A stretch of DNA of 64,000 nt from assembly GCA_030295235.1 (NCBI GenBank), contig AP026131.1, positions 310,001 through 374,000 on the forward strand, in the 5' to 3' direction. A program made the position numbers and the translations under genes. The notes beneath the pieces are model-generated. The model was not told where the DNA came from, did not search any database, and saw only the letters and a program-made list of their open reading frames with translations. Source of the stretch: Fistulifera solaris. Its lineage: Eukaryota. This document shows positions 12,043 through 25,636 of this stretch, in pieces (the first letter of the stretch is position 1; each line of letters opens with the position of its first letter).

Positions 12043-12188
12043 TGGAATGTTTCGCGACATCAGTGTCTGCCATAGATCATCAAAATAAATGTAAATGAAA
12101 TAGAATTGGTCGCATGTCGGGTTCTTGTCGAGTCTACAGAATACTAACGAAACGATGTACACATGAATGTAAAAATAAGAAATTGAAT

Positions 12189-14534
12189 TTACAACTCATC
12201 GTCACCAAAGTCACCCGAGTCATCGCCGCCGGCGCTGCCTCCTGAGCCTCCCTGCTGGTAAACATTGCGCATGATAGGATTGGACACTTGTTCGACCTCC
12301 TTCAGCTTCTCGTCGTAGTCAGCCTTATCGGCTTCCGGGTTAGAGTCCATCCAGTCGAGAGTTTCATCGATCATGTCTTGCAATTCCTTTTTGTCTTCGG
12401 CGGAAATAACATCGGAGATACCCTTTTCTTCGTCTTCAAGAGTGTTTTTCAGGTTGTATAGGTAGCTCTCAAGTCCGTTGCGGGCGTCAATGCGTTCCTT
12501 GACTCGCTTATCTTCCTCTGCAAACTCTTCAGCCTCGCGCACCATTCGCTCAATATCCTCCTCCGACAAACGTCCCTTTTCAGCAGTGATGGTAATCTTT
12601 TCAGACTTTCCTGTTCCCTTATCTTCGGCAGACACTTGCAAAATACCGTTGGCGTCAACTTCGAAAGAAACTTCGATCTGGGGAACACCACGGGGAGCCG
12701 GAGGAATTCCAGTCAACTCGAACTTTCCAAGCAAATGGTTGTCCTTGGTCATAGAACGTTCTCCCTCGAAAACTTGGATCAACACAACACTCTGGTTGTC
12801 CTGGTGAGTAGAAAATGTTTCTGTCAAGACGAAAAATCAGCAATTTGTGCACAAGTGACTCCTGGAATACATAGCGACACTACTTACGAGACTTCTTGGT
12901 AGGAATGGTGGTTCCTCGGTTGATCAGCTTCGTCATGACTCCACCAACAGTCTCGATACCTTGGGAAAGCGGGGTCACATCCAAAAGAAGGATTTCACTG
13001 GTAGCATCACCACCTTCTCCGGACAGGATACCACCCTGCACAGCAGCTCCGAAAGCGACGGCTTCATCGGGGTTGATACCTTTGGAGGGCTCTTTTCCGC
13101 CAAAGTATTCAGAAATGAGCTGTTGAACCTTGGGAATGCGGGTAGAACCACCAACTAGAACAATCTCGTCGATTTCGTCCTTGGAAAGGTCGGCATCCTC
13201 CATAACACGAGCAACAGGACCCATCGTCTTCTTGAACAAATCGTTGTTGAGTTCTTCGAAACGGGCACGAGTCAAAGTCTCGGAGAAGTCAAAGCCATCG
13301 GCCAAGTCTTCAATTTCCAAACGAGCTTGCTGCTGAGTGGAGAGGGCACGCTTGACACGTTCAACCTCCTTTCGCAGTTTCTGCAAGGCACGCTTGTCGT
13401 TGCTAATGTCAACTTCGTTCTTTTTCTTCATCATCTTAATAAAGTATTGCATGACACGCTGATCGAAATCCTCTCCACCCAAGTGAGTGTCTCCGTTGGT
13501 CGCCAAAACTTCAAACACACCGTTGTCAATGGTCAAAAGGGTCACATCGAAAGTACCACCTCCCAAGTCAAAGACCAAGACGTTCGATTCTCCTCCCGTC
13601 TTGTCCATACCGTAGGCAATGGCGGCAGCGGTGGGCTCGTTGATGATACGCTCCACCTTCAAACCAGCAATCGTACCGGCATCCTTGGTCGCCTGACGCT
13701 GAGCATCGTTAAAGTAGGCGGGCACCGTGACGACCGCATGCTTGATTTCCTTGCCCAAAAATGTTTCGGCCGTGAGCTTCATCTTTTGCAAAATCATGGC
13801 GGAGACTTCTTCGGGCGCAAACGTGGCCGTTTGTCCGTTCTGCTTGACTTGAATGACGGGCTTGTCCTTGTCGGAAACGATTTCGTACGGAACTAGCTTT
13901 TGTCGGCTTGTACGGATTTGTCGGAATATTTTCGACCAATCAAGCGCTTGACGTCGAATACAGTGTTTTGTGGGTTGATGGTGGCCTGGTTTTTGGCGGC
14001 ATCACCGACGAGACGCTCACCGTTCTCCATAAAGGCGACATAGGATGGCGTAATACGGTTACCCTGGTCGTTGGCAATAATCTCGACACGTCCATTCTTA
14101 AAGACACCGACGCAGGAATAAGTGGTTCCAAGATCAATACCGATGACCGTTCCGATCTTAGATGTTTCTTCTTCCTCGGCGTAAATGGGGCGAGCCAAAA
14201 GTGCCACTGGAAATGGGAATAAAGGGACGGCAGAGGTGAGAAAAACATCAACGACCGAAATCCGAGTGAAGGACGCGAGACATCGAATGCAAACAACACG
14301 AGATACAGAGTAAAAGAGGCCTGTATGTATAAACTTCCTCTTCTTCTACTGCTTTCATGTTGCAAGGAGGGAAGCAGAACCGCTAGACCTGGCTTTCATA
14401 GCCTTTTTCGGTCATTTTCAAACCGCACACACACACCCATCAGAACATTTCGCGCCCTCTGCCTTCACTCAGACGACAAGAACGCCTCAAAAAGAATACT
14501 CACAGGCTGCAACTGCGAATGATTTGAATAACAT
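12189..14534 (-). CDS. BiP: ER luminal HSP70 (BiP); introns 14207..14503 and 12821..12887
   Basis: Exon 1 (14504..14534) splices via GTGAGT...CCAG to give signal peptide [20 protein letters not shown]. Motifs [26 protein letters not shown] and [12 protein letters not shown]-terminal DDEL ER-retention signal. One-base slip at ~13897. Confidence 0.96.
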
Positions 14535-14675
14535 GTTTCTTCTTCACTTGTATTATTATTGTTGTTTGTTTCCTTGCAATGCGATGATGGAAATGAAACT
14601 CGATAGAGATTCAATGACAAAGTGTACGGTAGAAGCGAATTAACGCGATCGGTGCTGGACGGTGGACAAACGTCA

Positions 14676-14735
14676 AAAAAGTTCCACGTGTGCGGTTTTT
14701 CCATCAACCGGAAGTGGACACACGTGGAACTTTTT
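14676..14735. promoter_or_regulatory. Perfect 17-bp inverted repeat with a CCACGTG G-box-like core in each arm, upstream of BiP
   Basis: AAAAAGTTCCACGTGTG (14676-14692) and CACACGTGGAACTTTTT (14719-14735), ~140-200 nt upstream of the BiP ATG. The repeat is seen directly; a regulatory role is inferred. Confidence 0.55.
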
Positions 14736-15357
14736 CAAACGATTGCACCACACGATATCATACCGGTAATCGAAGACGGATTTCGATTAGACAAGGAATT
14801 CGGTCATTCTTTTTGGTTCGAGATTGATCGTCAACTTCTGGGTCATTCAGTCGTGCTCGCGAGAAGGATTTGGCTACAAAAACATGGATAGTCTGCTGAT
14901 ACTACGTTCAAAATGTAGGATCTTATTTCAAACTTCATAGTAAAAATCTAATCTTGAATCAACTTCCTCCTTCTCCGGTTCTCATTTCCGCCTACTCTCT
15001 AATGTACTCCTGTATCGTCCCTTCGATGAGATGACGTCGACATATCCTTCACTTCTCCGCTTCAATGCGTGGCACCAGCCACGTCGCACACTCCAGCTGA
15101 CTTGACTTCAGAAAGTCCGACGATGACCTTGCGTTTTCACTGAAAACGCCGTAACGTTGCCACGAAACTCAACGCCAAAACGAGGATAAGACAGCGAACA
15201 CCAGCAGTTTTTGAGCTGCTCGTCGCACAATTTCTCACGACACGTGCCTGGTTCACAACGGCGCTGACGACATACTTTCCCCACTGCCTTATTTTGCACC
15301 TTCCTTTCTGTAACAACACCATCTTGGTTCATTTTATCTCTTCTAATAGCATTAACA

Positions 15358-16070
15358 ATGGATATCATCGAAGAATCACACGCCAACACGGAAGCTTCTC
15401 GTCCTCCGAATTCCGATCTCTCGGAAGAGACCAAAAAGCGAACAAGCGAACAAGCTCAGCTACAAGACGACCCCGAGAGCGATCGAAAGAAGCTTCAACA
15501 ACGACGAGAAGCCAACCGAGTTCATGCGTTCAAGTCACGTCAACGCAGTAAGCACTTGCTATCCGAGTTGCAAACGACGGTGAACGAACTAGCCAAAGAC
15601 AAGTCCGAGCTCGAACGTCACAATGCTGTTCTCCGAGCACAAGTCGAAGTACTTCAACAGCAAAACCTCTCCTTGCTGCAAAATCAACAGCAAATGATGC
15701 TGCAACAAAGGGCTCGCCACAGATTCCGGCGTCGCTGGCGGGTCCTACGGCCGGCTTCAATTTCGCCTCCAATCCGTTCATGGCGGCCGCGGCGGCTGCA
15801 GCGGCAGCCTCGGGGATGGGAAGCTCGCCCTTCGGCAACAATGCTTCTCTCGCCATGCTGGCGACAATGATGGGAGCCGCCGCCAATCCGACGCCCAACG
15901 CCGCGGCATTGGCCATGATGAACTCGTTGGTGGGTGGACAAGCGCCACGCGCGAATTTAGGGGAAGAAACGAGTGCGGAACATTCCGTGTTGCCGCCGCA
16001 GTCGGCGCCTCCGGCGGTAGCCGACCTTTCGCCGGCCCGGGGGGCCGAAGCGGGGGCGGGAAGTAGTTAG
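15358..16070 (+). CDS. bZIP transcription factor with an A/M/Q-rich C-terminus
   Basis: Basic region RKKLQQRREANRVHAFKSRQRSK followed by leucine heptads (LQTTVNELAKDKSELERHNAVLRAQVEVL). A frame slip at ~15707-15712 joins it to the frame of ORF 15780..16070. Confidence 0.88.
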
Positions 16071-16770
16071 GTTATATTGTTGTTGTTCGGTCGAGACTCC
16101 TGTCAACCAGTCACTCGTAAATATATATCAAAGTAACTGTTTATTTTATGCTATTCATTACAGTGTGTGTAAACGCTTAGAGAATGCTTTGTATTAGTCT
16201 GCCTCTTTTGGAGGATTAGTTGAATGGATAGAGGTAGTGCAGCGCCGATGATTCGGTTTGGTGAATGTTTGCATTGCAACATCGATAATGAGCAGTACAT
16301 TTCCGTTCTCGTCGATGTTGCGACTTGTTCAAGCCAGATCCAAATAGCACACGGCATGTCGATTTAAGCGTCCAACATAATGGCTATGCTTTGTCGTGCA
16401 CGGTGAAAAGCGTTAAAAGTTCAAAGTTAATGCAGACTATGCCATTGCCTTGTGCAAAACGATAGCTTTTAAATTTACTGGTTACGGTTATTTCCGAACT
16501 AGAACAGTTAAACGCAGTTAACCCGTTCGTGAAAGAAACAAGATTCATGTCATGCTCTCTCTATTACGGAGTATTTCTTGTTTTGTGGTAATCTTCGAAA
16601 ATTCATTATGCTAAAAAGGCTTTTGCTTTGACTTGACTTGACATTCTAGAAAATGTGGCACTGAATGCCCAATGATCGGCGCTTACTACATTTTCGATGA
16701 TCTCATACTTTCTTCAGAAAATCACCAAGCTGCCGACACATATCATACTCTTTGAAGTTTGCGACACAGC

Positions 16771-17448
16771 ATGAATGCGTTAGCCATGTCTAGGATCTCT
16801 GCTAGTGGGCGGTCGTTTAAGTCAAGCCAGTCAAAACCGGGACCTGGTATTTCCAAAAATGACAAAAGATCGGTCGCAGCTCATCCGGAAGACGACTTTA
16901 CAGAATCAACCTCCACTTTGTCCTCGTTTTCGAGCAGTAGATCGACGTCCGTAAGCTTTGGGAGCGTTCTAGTCCACTATCACCCCATCGTTCTCTCAAA
17001 CAATCCAGCGGCCAGAGAAGGTCCTCCGATCGAATTGGCGTGGGAAGCTTTGTACTCGGAAGTCTTTCATGTTGATGAGCTCACCGTCGATGAAAAGCGA
17101 ACTGCGGGTAATGTGAAGCGGATTCTCGGAGAAGAACGCGAAAAATGGTTACGGGAAAAGGGATTTTGCGAACATTGCCTTCAAAAAGTATTGGCAGAAG
17201 TGGAAGCCATCAAACAGTCACGCAGTGAGGAGGCAGCGATAGCTAAAGAAATCGAAGCGCTCGATCGGTACAAGCAAATGTCAACGGCATCGCATCGTGC
17301 GGGCAATCGCGAAATGCGTCGCTCGTTGCACAAAACATCCAACGCGGGGCTCGTGGAAAAGGTAGAAGAAATGAGACAAAGTCAATTGTTGACACGGCAG
17401 CAAAAGTCTATCATGCGTTGTTTGCTTCGCAGGAAGAGCGCGACATAG
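16771..17448 (+). CDS. Hypothetical protein of the diatom-type 'V.FG.V.V...L.NNP...GPP..L.W' family
   Basis: SVSFGSVLVHYHPIVLSNNPAAREGPPIELAW...EREKWLREKG; the same motif occurs in ORFs 32513 and 33374. Confidence 0.75.
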   Translation: MNALAMSRISASGRSFKSSQSKPGPGISKNDKRSVAAHPEDDFTESTSTLSSFSSSRSTSVSFGSVLVHYHPIVLSNNPAAREGPPIELAWEALYSEVFHVDELTVDEKRTAGNVKRILGEEREKWLREKGFCEHCLQKVLAEVEAIKQSRSEEAAIAKEIEALDRYKQMSTASHRAGNREMRRSLHKTSNAGLVEKVEEMRQSQLLTRQQKSIMRCLLRRKSAT

Positions 17449-17894
17449 ATCAGTGTAGTGGGATGCGAGGAGAAGGGCTTGACCGGATCGAAAAAGAACA
17501 CCTAAACTTAGTAGAAGAACTTGTCATGTAATCCGAAATGATATGCGCCCTGCCATAGTTCTCATCGTAACGTTTCCATCACTTTTCGATCAGCTTATCA
17601 GTAAGCTTAATGTCACTGTTGCGATATATGTAACCTTACCATTTGCATCATTTTCAAAGCTCCCACACTTCTCATCGACTGCGTTTGTCGAAAATTCTTG
17701 GGCGGATCGTTGCTTATTGTGTTTCCGTTTTTCGACACGACGGCATCTCAATCATAAATCATTTTTTCTGCTAGCTTGGTGACCAATTACTTGTCTAATT
17801 ATATAAAACGATGCAATTACCATTACCACCATCATTACTCTATTATTTTGTTACGCACGCCCCAAAAAAGCCTTGGGAATATATTCAAAAATTT

Positions 17895-18000
17895 CACGTG
17901 TCCAGAAAATGTGGGAGTGTGATGTTTGCACGTATGCAGAAAATGTGGGAATGTGATGTTTGCACGTATGCAGAAAATGTGGGAATGTGATGTTTGCACG
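17895..18000. repeat. 34-bp minisatellite, ~3 copies
   Basis: CAGAAAATGTGGGA(A/G)TGTGATGTTTGCACG starts at 17903, 17937 and 17971. Confidence 0.9.
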
Positions 18001-18224
18001 TTAATTTATGTTGTGGGCGTGCGGCAAAACCAAAGGGTGGCAAAACCATCCCTTCAACAGCAAACACAATCAACTAAGCGATCGAAGCGACGAAATAATT
18101 GTATACAATATTAACTCTGAGTGTGCTAGTTATCGTTGTTGTTCATACAAGAGAATTTCGCAACGCGCAGGCTCTACGAGCAGGTAATAACGTTTTACAG
18201 ACGCAGCAGTGACACACACTCAAG

Positions 18225-21112
18225 ATGACTTCAACAACTGTCGAACTTCCGCAGACGGATACGCGAAAGTATCATCACTTGATTCTGCCGAGCAACGGTT
18301 TAGAAGTGATGCTGGTTCAAGACATTGCTGCGGAGACGTCGGCTGCTGCCATGACCGTGGCGGCTGGACAATTTCAAGATCCAATCGATTTTCCCGGACT
18401 GGCGCATCTAGTTGAACACATGGTCTTTTTAGGATCGCGCGAGTTCGAAGTGGAAAATGAATACGATCAATTCGTTTCGACGCATGGTGGTCACACGAAC
18501 GCTTACACGGATCTCGAGCTCACTTGCTTTTATTGCAACATCAAGTCGGGGAATTTGGAAGGAGCCCTGGCGCGTTTTGGGGCGTCATTGTCGTCTCCGT
18601 TGTTTGCGGCTAGCTCGCTGGAACGTGAAATCCAAGCCGTCGATTCGGAGCATTCCAACAACCGACAGTCGGATGCTTGGCGCTCGAATCAATTGTCGCA
18701 TTCGTTGATCGGAGGTCGCTTTCAGGACAACGGAGTGCATCACGTGTTTGCGCATTTTGGAACGGGAAATATGGACGTTTTGTTACCGGGCGATGACAAA
18801 AATGACCGCTTGGCATTGTTGAGAGAGCAAGTGGTAGCATTCTACGAACGTTACTATAAAGCTTCCGCGATGAAACTAGTGATTCTTGGTCCGAATCCGC
18901 TGGAAGAACTGGAGGAATGGGCGAACAAATACTTTGGGCGTATTCCGGCTGGTGAAGTCCTCAAGGAACCTTTGTCACCTTTACCAAAGCAACCGTGCAT
19001 GGCTCTACAATGGGTGCCAGTTCGGGACAGTCGTACGCTGACATTACAATGGATACTTCCCGAACTGAGATCGCACTATCGATCGAAACCAGGGCACGTA
19101 TTAAGTCACGTCTTGGGACACGAAGGACCGGGCACCTTGTTGTATGTTTTGAAAGAAGAGTTGCATTGGGCTCACGAGTTGAGCGCCGACAACATTTCGT
19201 CCATGACGAGTGCGTTCACGGTTTTTAACTTGATCATTGAACTCACACCGGCTGGATTGGACAACGTTTCAGAAATCATCGCCGGAGTGTACAAGTATAT
19301 TTCATTGATGCAAGATTTACCGGACTGGGTCTATGATGAACAGGAGTTGACAGCGGAACTGCAATTCCGCTTCCTATCCAAAACGGAGCCTGAGGACACA
19401 GCGAGTCAATTAGCCGTGAATTTGCAATACTATGCGCCAGAGCATGCTATTTCGGGTCCCCACAAGATTTATCAGCACGAGCCGGCTCTTGTACGACAAT
19501 GTCTCGATTGTTTCACTCGCGATAACATGTTCATTCTACTTTCCAGTAAAATTTCGAAACGGATCGAGTGGATCCGTGGTATGGCACTCAATTCAAAGTG
19601 CTCAATAAAGAAGATGCTACCGAAACGTTTTTTAGCACCGAGGTCGAGGCAGAGTGGTTTTCACTGCTCAGTTTGCCAACTCCAAACGATATGCTAGCAA
19701 ATCACTTTGATCTTGTGGCATCGCCTGACCAATGGTTTGAAAATCCTGAGGCAACACCACGTTGCCTACTAAATAGCGACATCTGTCGGCTGTGGTACAA
19801 GCCGGATCTAACCTTTCGTATGCCCAAGGTGAATGTCATGGTCATGTTTCGGACGCCCTTGGTTTACAACAGTCCACAAAGTGCACTTCTGTCAGCAATA
19901 TGGACAGAGCTGATTCAAGAGTTTTGCAACTCCTTTTCCTATGTCGCTTCCATGGCCGGTTTGCATTCCTACTTTCAAGCCAGTACTAAAGCGATTGAAA
20001 TGACCATTACAGGATACAACCACAAAGTTGGCGTTTTGATTGAACGTGTGGTGGATACGATTAAATGCTTGCCCGAGAAGATTTCTGATCCTGTTTTCGA
20101 AAGAGTTACCCACAAGCTCGAGCAGCGCTATCTAGCGTTCATGATGGGCTCCCCGTATCGACGTGCTATGAATGGTGCTGATTTGTGTCTCGATGCGGAA
20201 AAGTGGAATGTCGAGGACCGACTCAACCTTCTACAGAACAAAAGCTTGTCTCCAAACGACATGCTACACTTTCACCGACAGCTTATGGGAAGCTTTTATT
20301 TAGAGGCCTTTGTCCATGGAAATGCGGAGCCTTCGACAGCCTTAGAATGGATGAACAGAATTGTTGATGTCTTTCAGCCAAGCGTTGTCTTACATCACCC
20401 ATCGAGTCGCGTAGTCAAAATCCCAAAAGGAGAAACTCTTTATGGTTTTCCTTGCCACAATCCAGATGACAATAACAACAGCGTCTTAAGCTATTACCAA
20501 GTGGGAGTTCTCGACTTGAGGGGCGCGGCGATATTGAAGCTTACTCAGCATCTCATGCAAGAACCGGCTTTCTTTCAGTTGCGCACATCCGAGCAGCTAG
20601 GTTATTTGGTACACACAAGTGTCAAAACAAATGGTGAGCACGTAAAAGGTTTGATGGTGCTCATACAGAGTGAATCGTTTCATCCAGATCATTTAAATGA
20701 AAGGATTGAGGCGTTTTTGCCTCAATTTCGAAAATCAGTTGTTGAAATGACTGCGGTAGATTTTCAGAAGAACGCACTGGCAGTACGCCAGGGTTTATTG
20801 GAACAACCAAAGAATCTTGGGGAGGAATCGTCAAGACATTGGGATGCCATCTCGAATAAAACGTACTACTTTACTCGGTCAAAAGATCTTGCTGCGCTCG
20901 TAGAAGAAGTTGGCAAACAGGATATACTGCAGTTTCTTGACAAGTACATCTTGCCATCGCCATATCGTCGAAAGTTATCAGTTCGAGTCTACGGGGCAAG
21001 CAACCGAGACATGATCCCCAACGTCACCATTGATCCAAAGCAATTCGGCCGCTGTCAAGCTCTGTATCCCACGCACCATGACGTAGATATTTTATCCATG
21101 ATGACGAACTAA
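18225..21112 (+). CDS. Insulin-degrading enzyme-like M16A metallopeptidase
   Basis: PGLAHLVEHMVFLGS (inverted zincin HxxEH), GGHTNAYT, REIQAVDSEH, HVLGHEGPG and FFQLRTSEQLGY. A slip at ~19547-19551 joins ORFs 18225..19697 and 19568..21112. Confidence 0.92.
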
Positions 21113-21176
21113 GCTATAGAACAACGGACTGGGAAGTGGGATTAGTTTGTTTTATCTTGTCTACTTTCTATGGTAA

Positions 21177-24100
21177 TTACATGCTGGATCCGGTCCGGTC
21201 ATAATATCTTCTGTTTGGTTTAGGTGCCCTGCGTGAGCGGTTTTGTGAGGTATTGTTTGAGGTATCGTGAGAGTATGGATAATCAATTCCTGAGCTCGTA
21301 GGGGCTGGATGTGGTATAGGCCCGTGAAAGTTTTGAGACGGATCTAACACGGCCATCGGTTGCAGCAATAACGGTTGTCCCGTCGCCGATGTTGTCACGT
21401 AATAGAATGATCCGTCGGGAGCTGTGGCCAAGTACACCTGTTGCTGAGGCACCGCATATGCCATTGTTTTCACTTGTTGTTGCTGAAGCAGCAACTGTTG
21501 CAATAACTGCTGCTGCTGAATAGGATGTATCTGCGGCAAGTTCAAAATGCCATCCCTTGGTCAACCTCCATTGTAACACTTGATGCGACACTGTCATTAG
21601 AGTAGTAACTCTGAGGCCCGTTGTACCCGAAAGCGCTTGAGGAATCACCGAGATTTGCGTGGGGATCGTGGCTACGGTGTAGAGGAGCAAAATGGCCAGG
21701 AACCGATGACGCGTGTTGCCCCGGAAAGGACACTTGTCCTCCTGGCAAAGTATTACGTTGTACATATTGGACACCCCCGAGTTCACAGATTGCGCTGAAG
21801 GATTCCCTGCAAAAGTGGAGGATTGCTGTTGCGTGGACGCAGCAGTCGTTCCTGTCACACTCGAACCCCAAATTGACTTCGAAGAAATAGAGGCAGTGTC
21901 AAGTCCTGGCACATTTCCTGGTCGCTGAAGTGCGTATGCGAAATCGGCACCTGGCCTTGAGTTGGAGGAACTGAGATCCATTGTTCTAGAGTAACTGGAA
22001 GGCCCGGCGACGTTGGGAAGATGAGTTTGTCGCTGTGATAAACCCGTAGCTCCCCCAATAACTCCAGAACCCGCTTCGACCCTTGCGACGCGCGGTCGCT
22101 GAGCGCGATACTTGCTCTCGCCGTTAAAACTTGTCGTTGCGGCTATCATGCCCGACGAGTTTCGATTGGAATTAAAGGAAGTTGCTACGTGCTGCGGTGG
22201 TGTAGACGCCTGATAAAAGGCCTGTCTCCAGTCCCCATGATGCGAATCGGTTTCCTCAGTTACCGTAGATGGCGTAGGAACCTGTGAATCCGTCGGAGAT
22301 CTTTGCTTTGGAATATCACCCAGAGCGGAACCACTGTTGCGACTCGATGAACGGCGCATACTTTGTTGTTTTTCTCGCATCTTTTGAACATTAAGAAGTT
22401 TCCGCCGGCATATAGATGGATCCCATGGTGTCTCCCATCGTACACCGAGTTCACGATTTGCTTGACTCTCTTCTCGAATATCATTGTCCTTTGCAGGTTG
22501 GTATTGTATTAGTTTATCGAGGTCGTCAGTCAAGAACGGATGCTGTGCAGCTTGAAAAGCCGTCAAACGTTTCCAAGGATCAGGGTCGAGTAACCCGTAG
22601 AGAAAGTGAACGAACGCAGGCAGCAGATCTTTGTCCTTGCCAACTGTAGATCGCCCATGCAAAAACAAGATATCAGTTAAACGCGTTCTTCGAAAGTATC
22701 GGTTTCCCGGCTGCTGCTCCAGTCGAGTCAATCCTCCCTTTTTCTCTACTTCGGCATGCGACAGCGAAGATATATATTCTTTCTGTGTCTTTAGTCGCCA
22801 TTGAGGAATGATTGGGGAATTTGTGCGGTCTTTAGGCAAATACTTCACAAAATACTTTGTGGCTTTCGACCCTTGGTCTAGCATCCAATCAGGCAATGAA
22901 CCGATCATTTCTACAATCCTACCCAGCTGGTCATGCTCGTGAATACCAGGTAGGATCGGAAGCCCAAGAAAGAGTTCCGCTGCCACACACCCCAATGACC
23001 ACATATCTATAACTGAATCGTAAGGAACCCCTATTAGCACTTCAGGACTTCGGTAAAAGCGAGACTGGATATATGTATGTGCCGTGTAACCTTCGAAGCA
23101 TGCGGATCCAAAATCTATTAATTTGACTTTCGTGCACTCATCATTGGCCTCGTCGTCAGACGGCAGCAGGGTTTCTGTATTTCTATGGGCAGCAGTCGTC
23201 CCGGTCGCACAACTCTTATCCGAACTCGATCGCGATTGCGCGACGTCCGTAGAAAATTCGCGATCTTTTGTATTATCGTTGGGTATCGAATTTGATTGAT
23301 TCAAAGTACTCTTTTCGGCAGGTCGAGCCCGTCCTTCTCCAAGCAGCACTAACTCATTTGCTGCAGCTTCGGAGACCAGCAACACGTTTTCGGGTTTAAT
23401 ATCACAGTGAACAATATTCTTTTGCGATATATCCCGAACACATCGTATTGTTTGTAGCAAAATTTGCCGCACTGCAGTAAGCGGTAATCCTCGAAACTGA
23501 CGCTTCTTCAAAATTTCATACAAATTCGGTCCCAGCAACTCAAATAGTAAACAAAGATGCCCGTGATACATAAAGAACCCCAAAAGTTCCACTCGACTTC
23601 CTTTCGAGGACGTGTTTTTATCCAACTCTCGAAAAACATCGATTTCGACAGTGGCTTGACGTGTGTAGTCGGGCCGATTTCTCACAATCTTCAGCGCGAC
23701 CCACTGCTGCGTAGCCTTGTGCCAGCATTTAAATACTTGCGCAAACGTCCCTTGTCCCAATAAGCTATGAACTGTAAAGTCTACCATTTTGTGATCCATC
23801 GCACCGGCAAATGCGTGCATTTGTTTCCGTTGTATCTTTATGACATCGTTCTCGTATACCAGCAAATTGCCTTCGGCATTGTCACGCCCTTCGTTAGCGA
23901 CCGGCTCTGATGGCTTGGTTAAACATTTCCCCCGCGGTGGACCGGTTGAAGCAGTTTGACATCCAGTGTCAAAAGTTGAGTGACTTTTTGTGCTTATGGA
24001 AGCACTATTATGCGATTGACTTTGCATCGTTCTTTCTCCTGTTTGTGTGGTGGCACTATCCGACGCTCCTTCCAATACAGCGGATAGTAATCCTTTGTTC

Positions 24101-24690
24101 CCATGCAAATGTGTACCGGCAGTAGATTGCTGAGCTCCACTTCCGTGTGAACTAGCTGCCGCTTTCAGCATCTCTTCGGTGGATATTCTATTTTTGCGGT
24201 TGTACGAGCCATGTGATGGCTCGCTCCCCAGATCTAGTTGCGCAAACGCTTGACGCTGTTGCTCTTCCCACTCTCGGAACGAATCCTTAGCATTTATTGT
24301 CAAGTTCCGCACAATATTTCCCTCCGTAGGCTGATGTTCTCCGTGGTCTTTATAGGTTGTTTTCGGAACTTTGCGGTATCGTGGCGACCCCGACAAAGAA
24401 TGAGACAATTGTCCCTTATATTGAACAAATGAACTGTTTAGTGAAGCCCGAATAGAAGAAACAGTTTCAGGCAAATTTATTTGTCCTCCATGAGCCTGTA
24501 AAGAAAGCTTTTGCCCCACTCTGCGGTATGCTTCATCCACATGACTTCGTTGATGTCTTTGACGTTGCCTTGATCGTGGTGAAACATCGCGGTGCTGACC
24601 GGGCGATTTCGTCGAGTTACCCGACTTTGTCGACGACTGGCTCAGCGTTTCGAGTAATTCCTGAGGTCCAAAAGTTGGATTAACATCCAT
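21177..24690 (-). CDS. YAK1/DYRK-family dual-specificity protein kinase
   Basis: LLGQGTFAQVFKC, VALKIV, HCDIKPEN, IDFGSAC, HTYIQSRFYRSPEVLIG (activation-loop tyrosine) and IDMWSLGC. The low-complexity C-terminus continues through slips at ~21775 and ~21545. Confidence 0.9.
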
Positions 24691-25636
24691 GATGAATCAA
24701 AGCAAGTTTAAAATTTCTGCGCGCTCTTCTTCCTCCAACACGATGATTTCAACTTTCTTATCGTCTTTCACGTCTACACGAGATCCTTCCTCCGCTTTTT
24801 CAAATGAAGAGTATTCTTTCAAAGTTTATTTACTTGTCTCGAGCATGTAACAAAAGCCAAGGTCACCAAGTCAGAAGGCTTCGGAGGAACGGGTTGAACC
24901 GAAGGACGAAACAACACAAGATTCTCCACGCTAAACTTCTTGGCGGCAGCTGTTGCGGACGAAAGTGGCAGAGGGGCAAGTCGTCAAACATCAAACCCCC
25001 TTGCTTCTTCACTATCAGACAGATGGGAGAATGGACTTTCGACACCATACTCAAAAATCCTACTAAGAATTATTGTACTTGACGGTTTTGCAAGTATTCT
25101 TTCACAGGAAACAGGTTACAGAACATTGGATACTCGCAAGCCCACAATCCTTCAAGTAGTACTGTCTACACGTCTTGCATTCTACGAGCAAGCGAATGGT
25201 TGGTTTTGACAAGAGACATGGAAATCGGGAATGGATAATGCGACCATGAGAATGGGACCCAACAAGTCAACGAAGACCGAAAACCCAAGCAATCATCGCT
25301 GGCCCAGTTCTCAATCGGAGTAAAATTAAATACTCCGTGACGGCAACGGCAGACCATCTATTTGCCGGTTTTTCGTTAGAGTTCCACGACTGCACTAAAG
25401 GGCTAAGTGGCTTGAAGCCTATTGGCGATTTGTCATGCCACGCCTTCTTTTGAAAACGTAATGCATTAGCTAAGCTCTAACAAGCTAGCAATCTAGCACA
25501 GCTGCAAATGCCGTTGATGGAGAGATGACGAAGCAACTGCCAGTTCGGGCTCGAAACTGTGTTCTTGGCGGACTGGAGTCGAACAACATTCGACGGTTAG
25601 CTTTCACCGCGACTTTATCCATAGAGAGGATTATTA

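Noticed and set aside
15690..15870. The bZIP frame shift has the same phase (3n+2 removal) as IRE1 splicing of XBP1/HAC1/bZIP60
   Set aside because: The CNG-CNG words nearby are all in the same phase (they come from Ala codons), so no pair is 3n+2 apart. A single missing A at ~15707 explains the shift. RNA-seq under ER stress would settle it.
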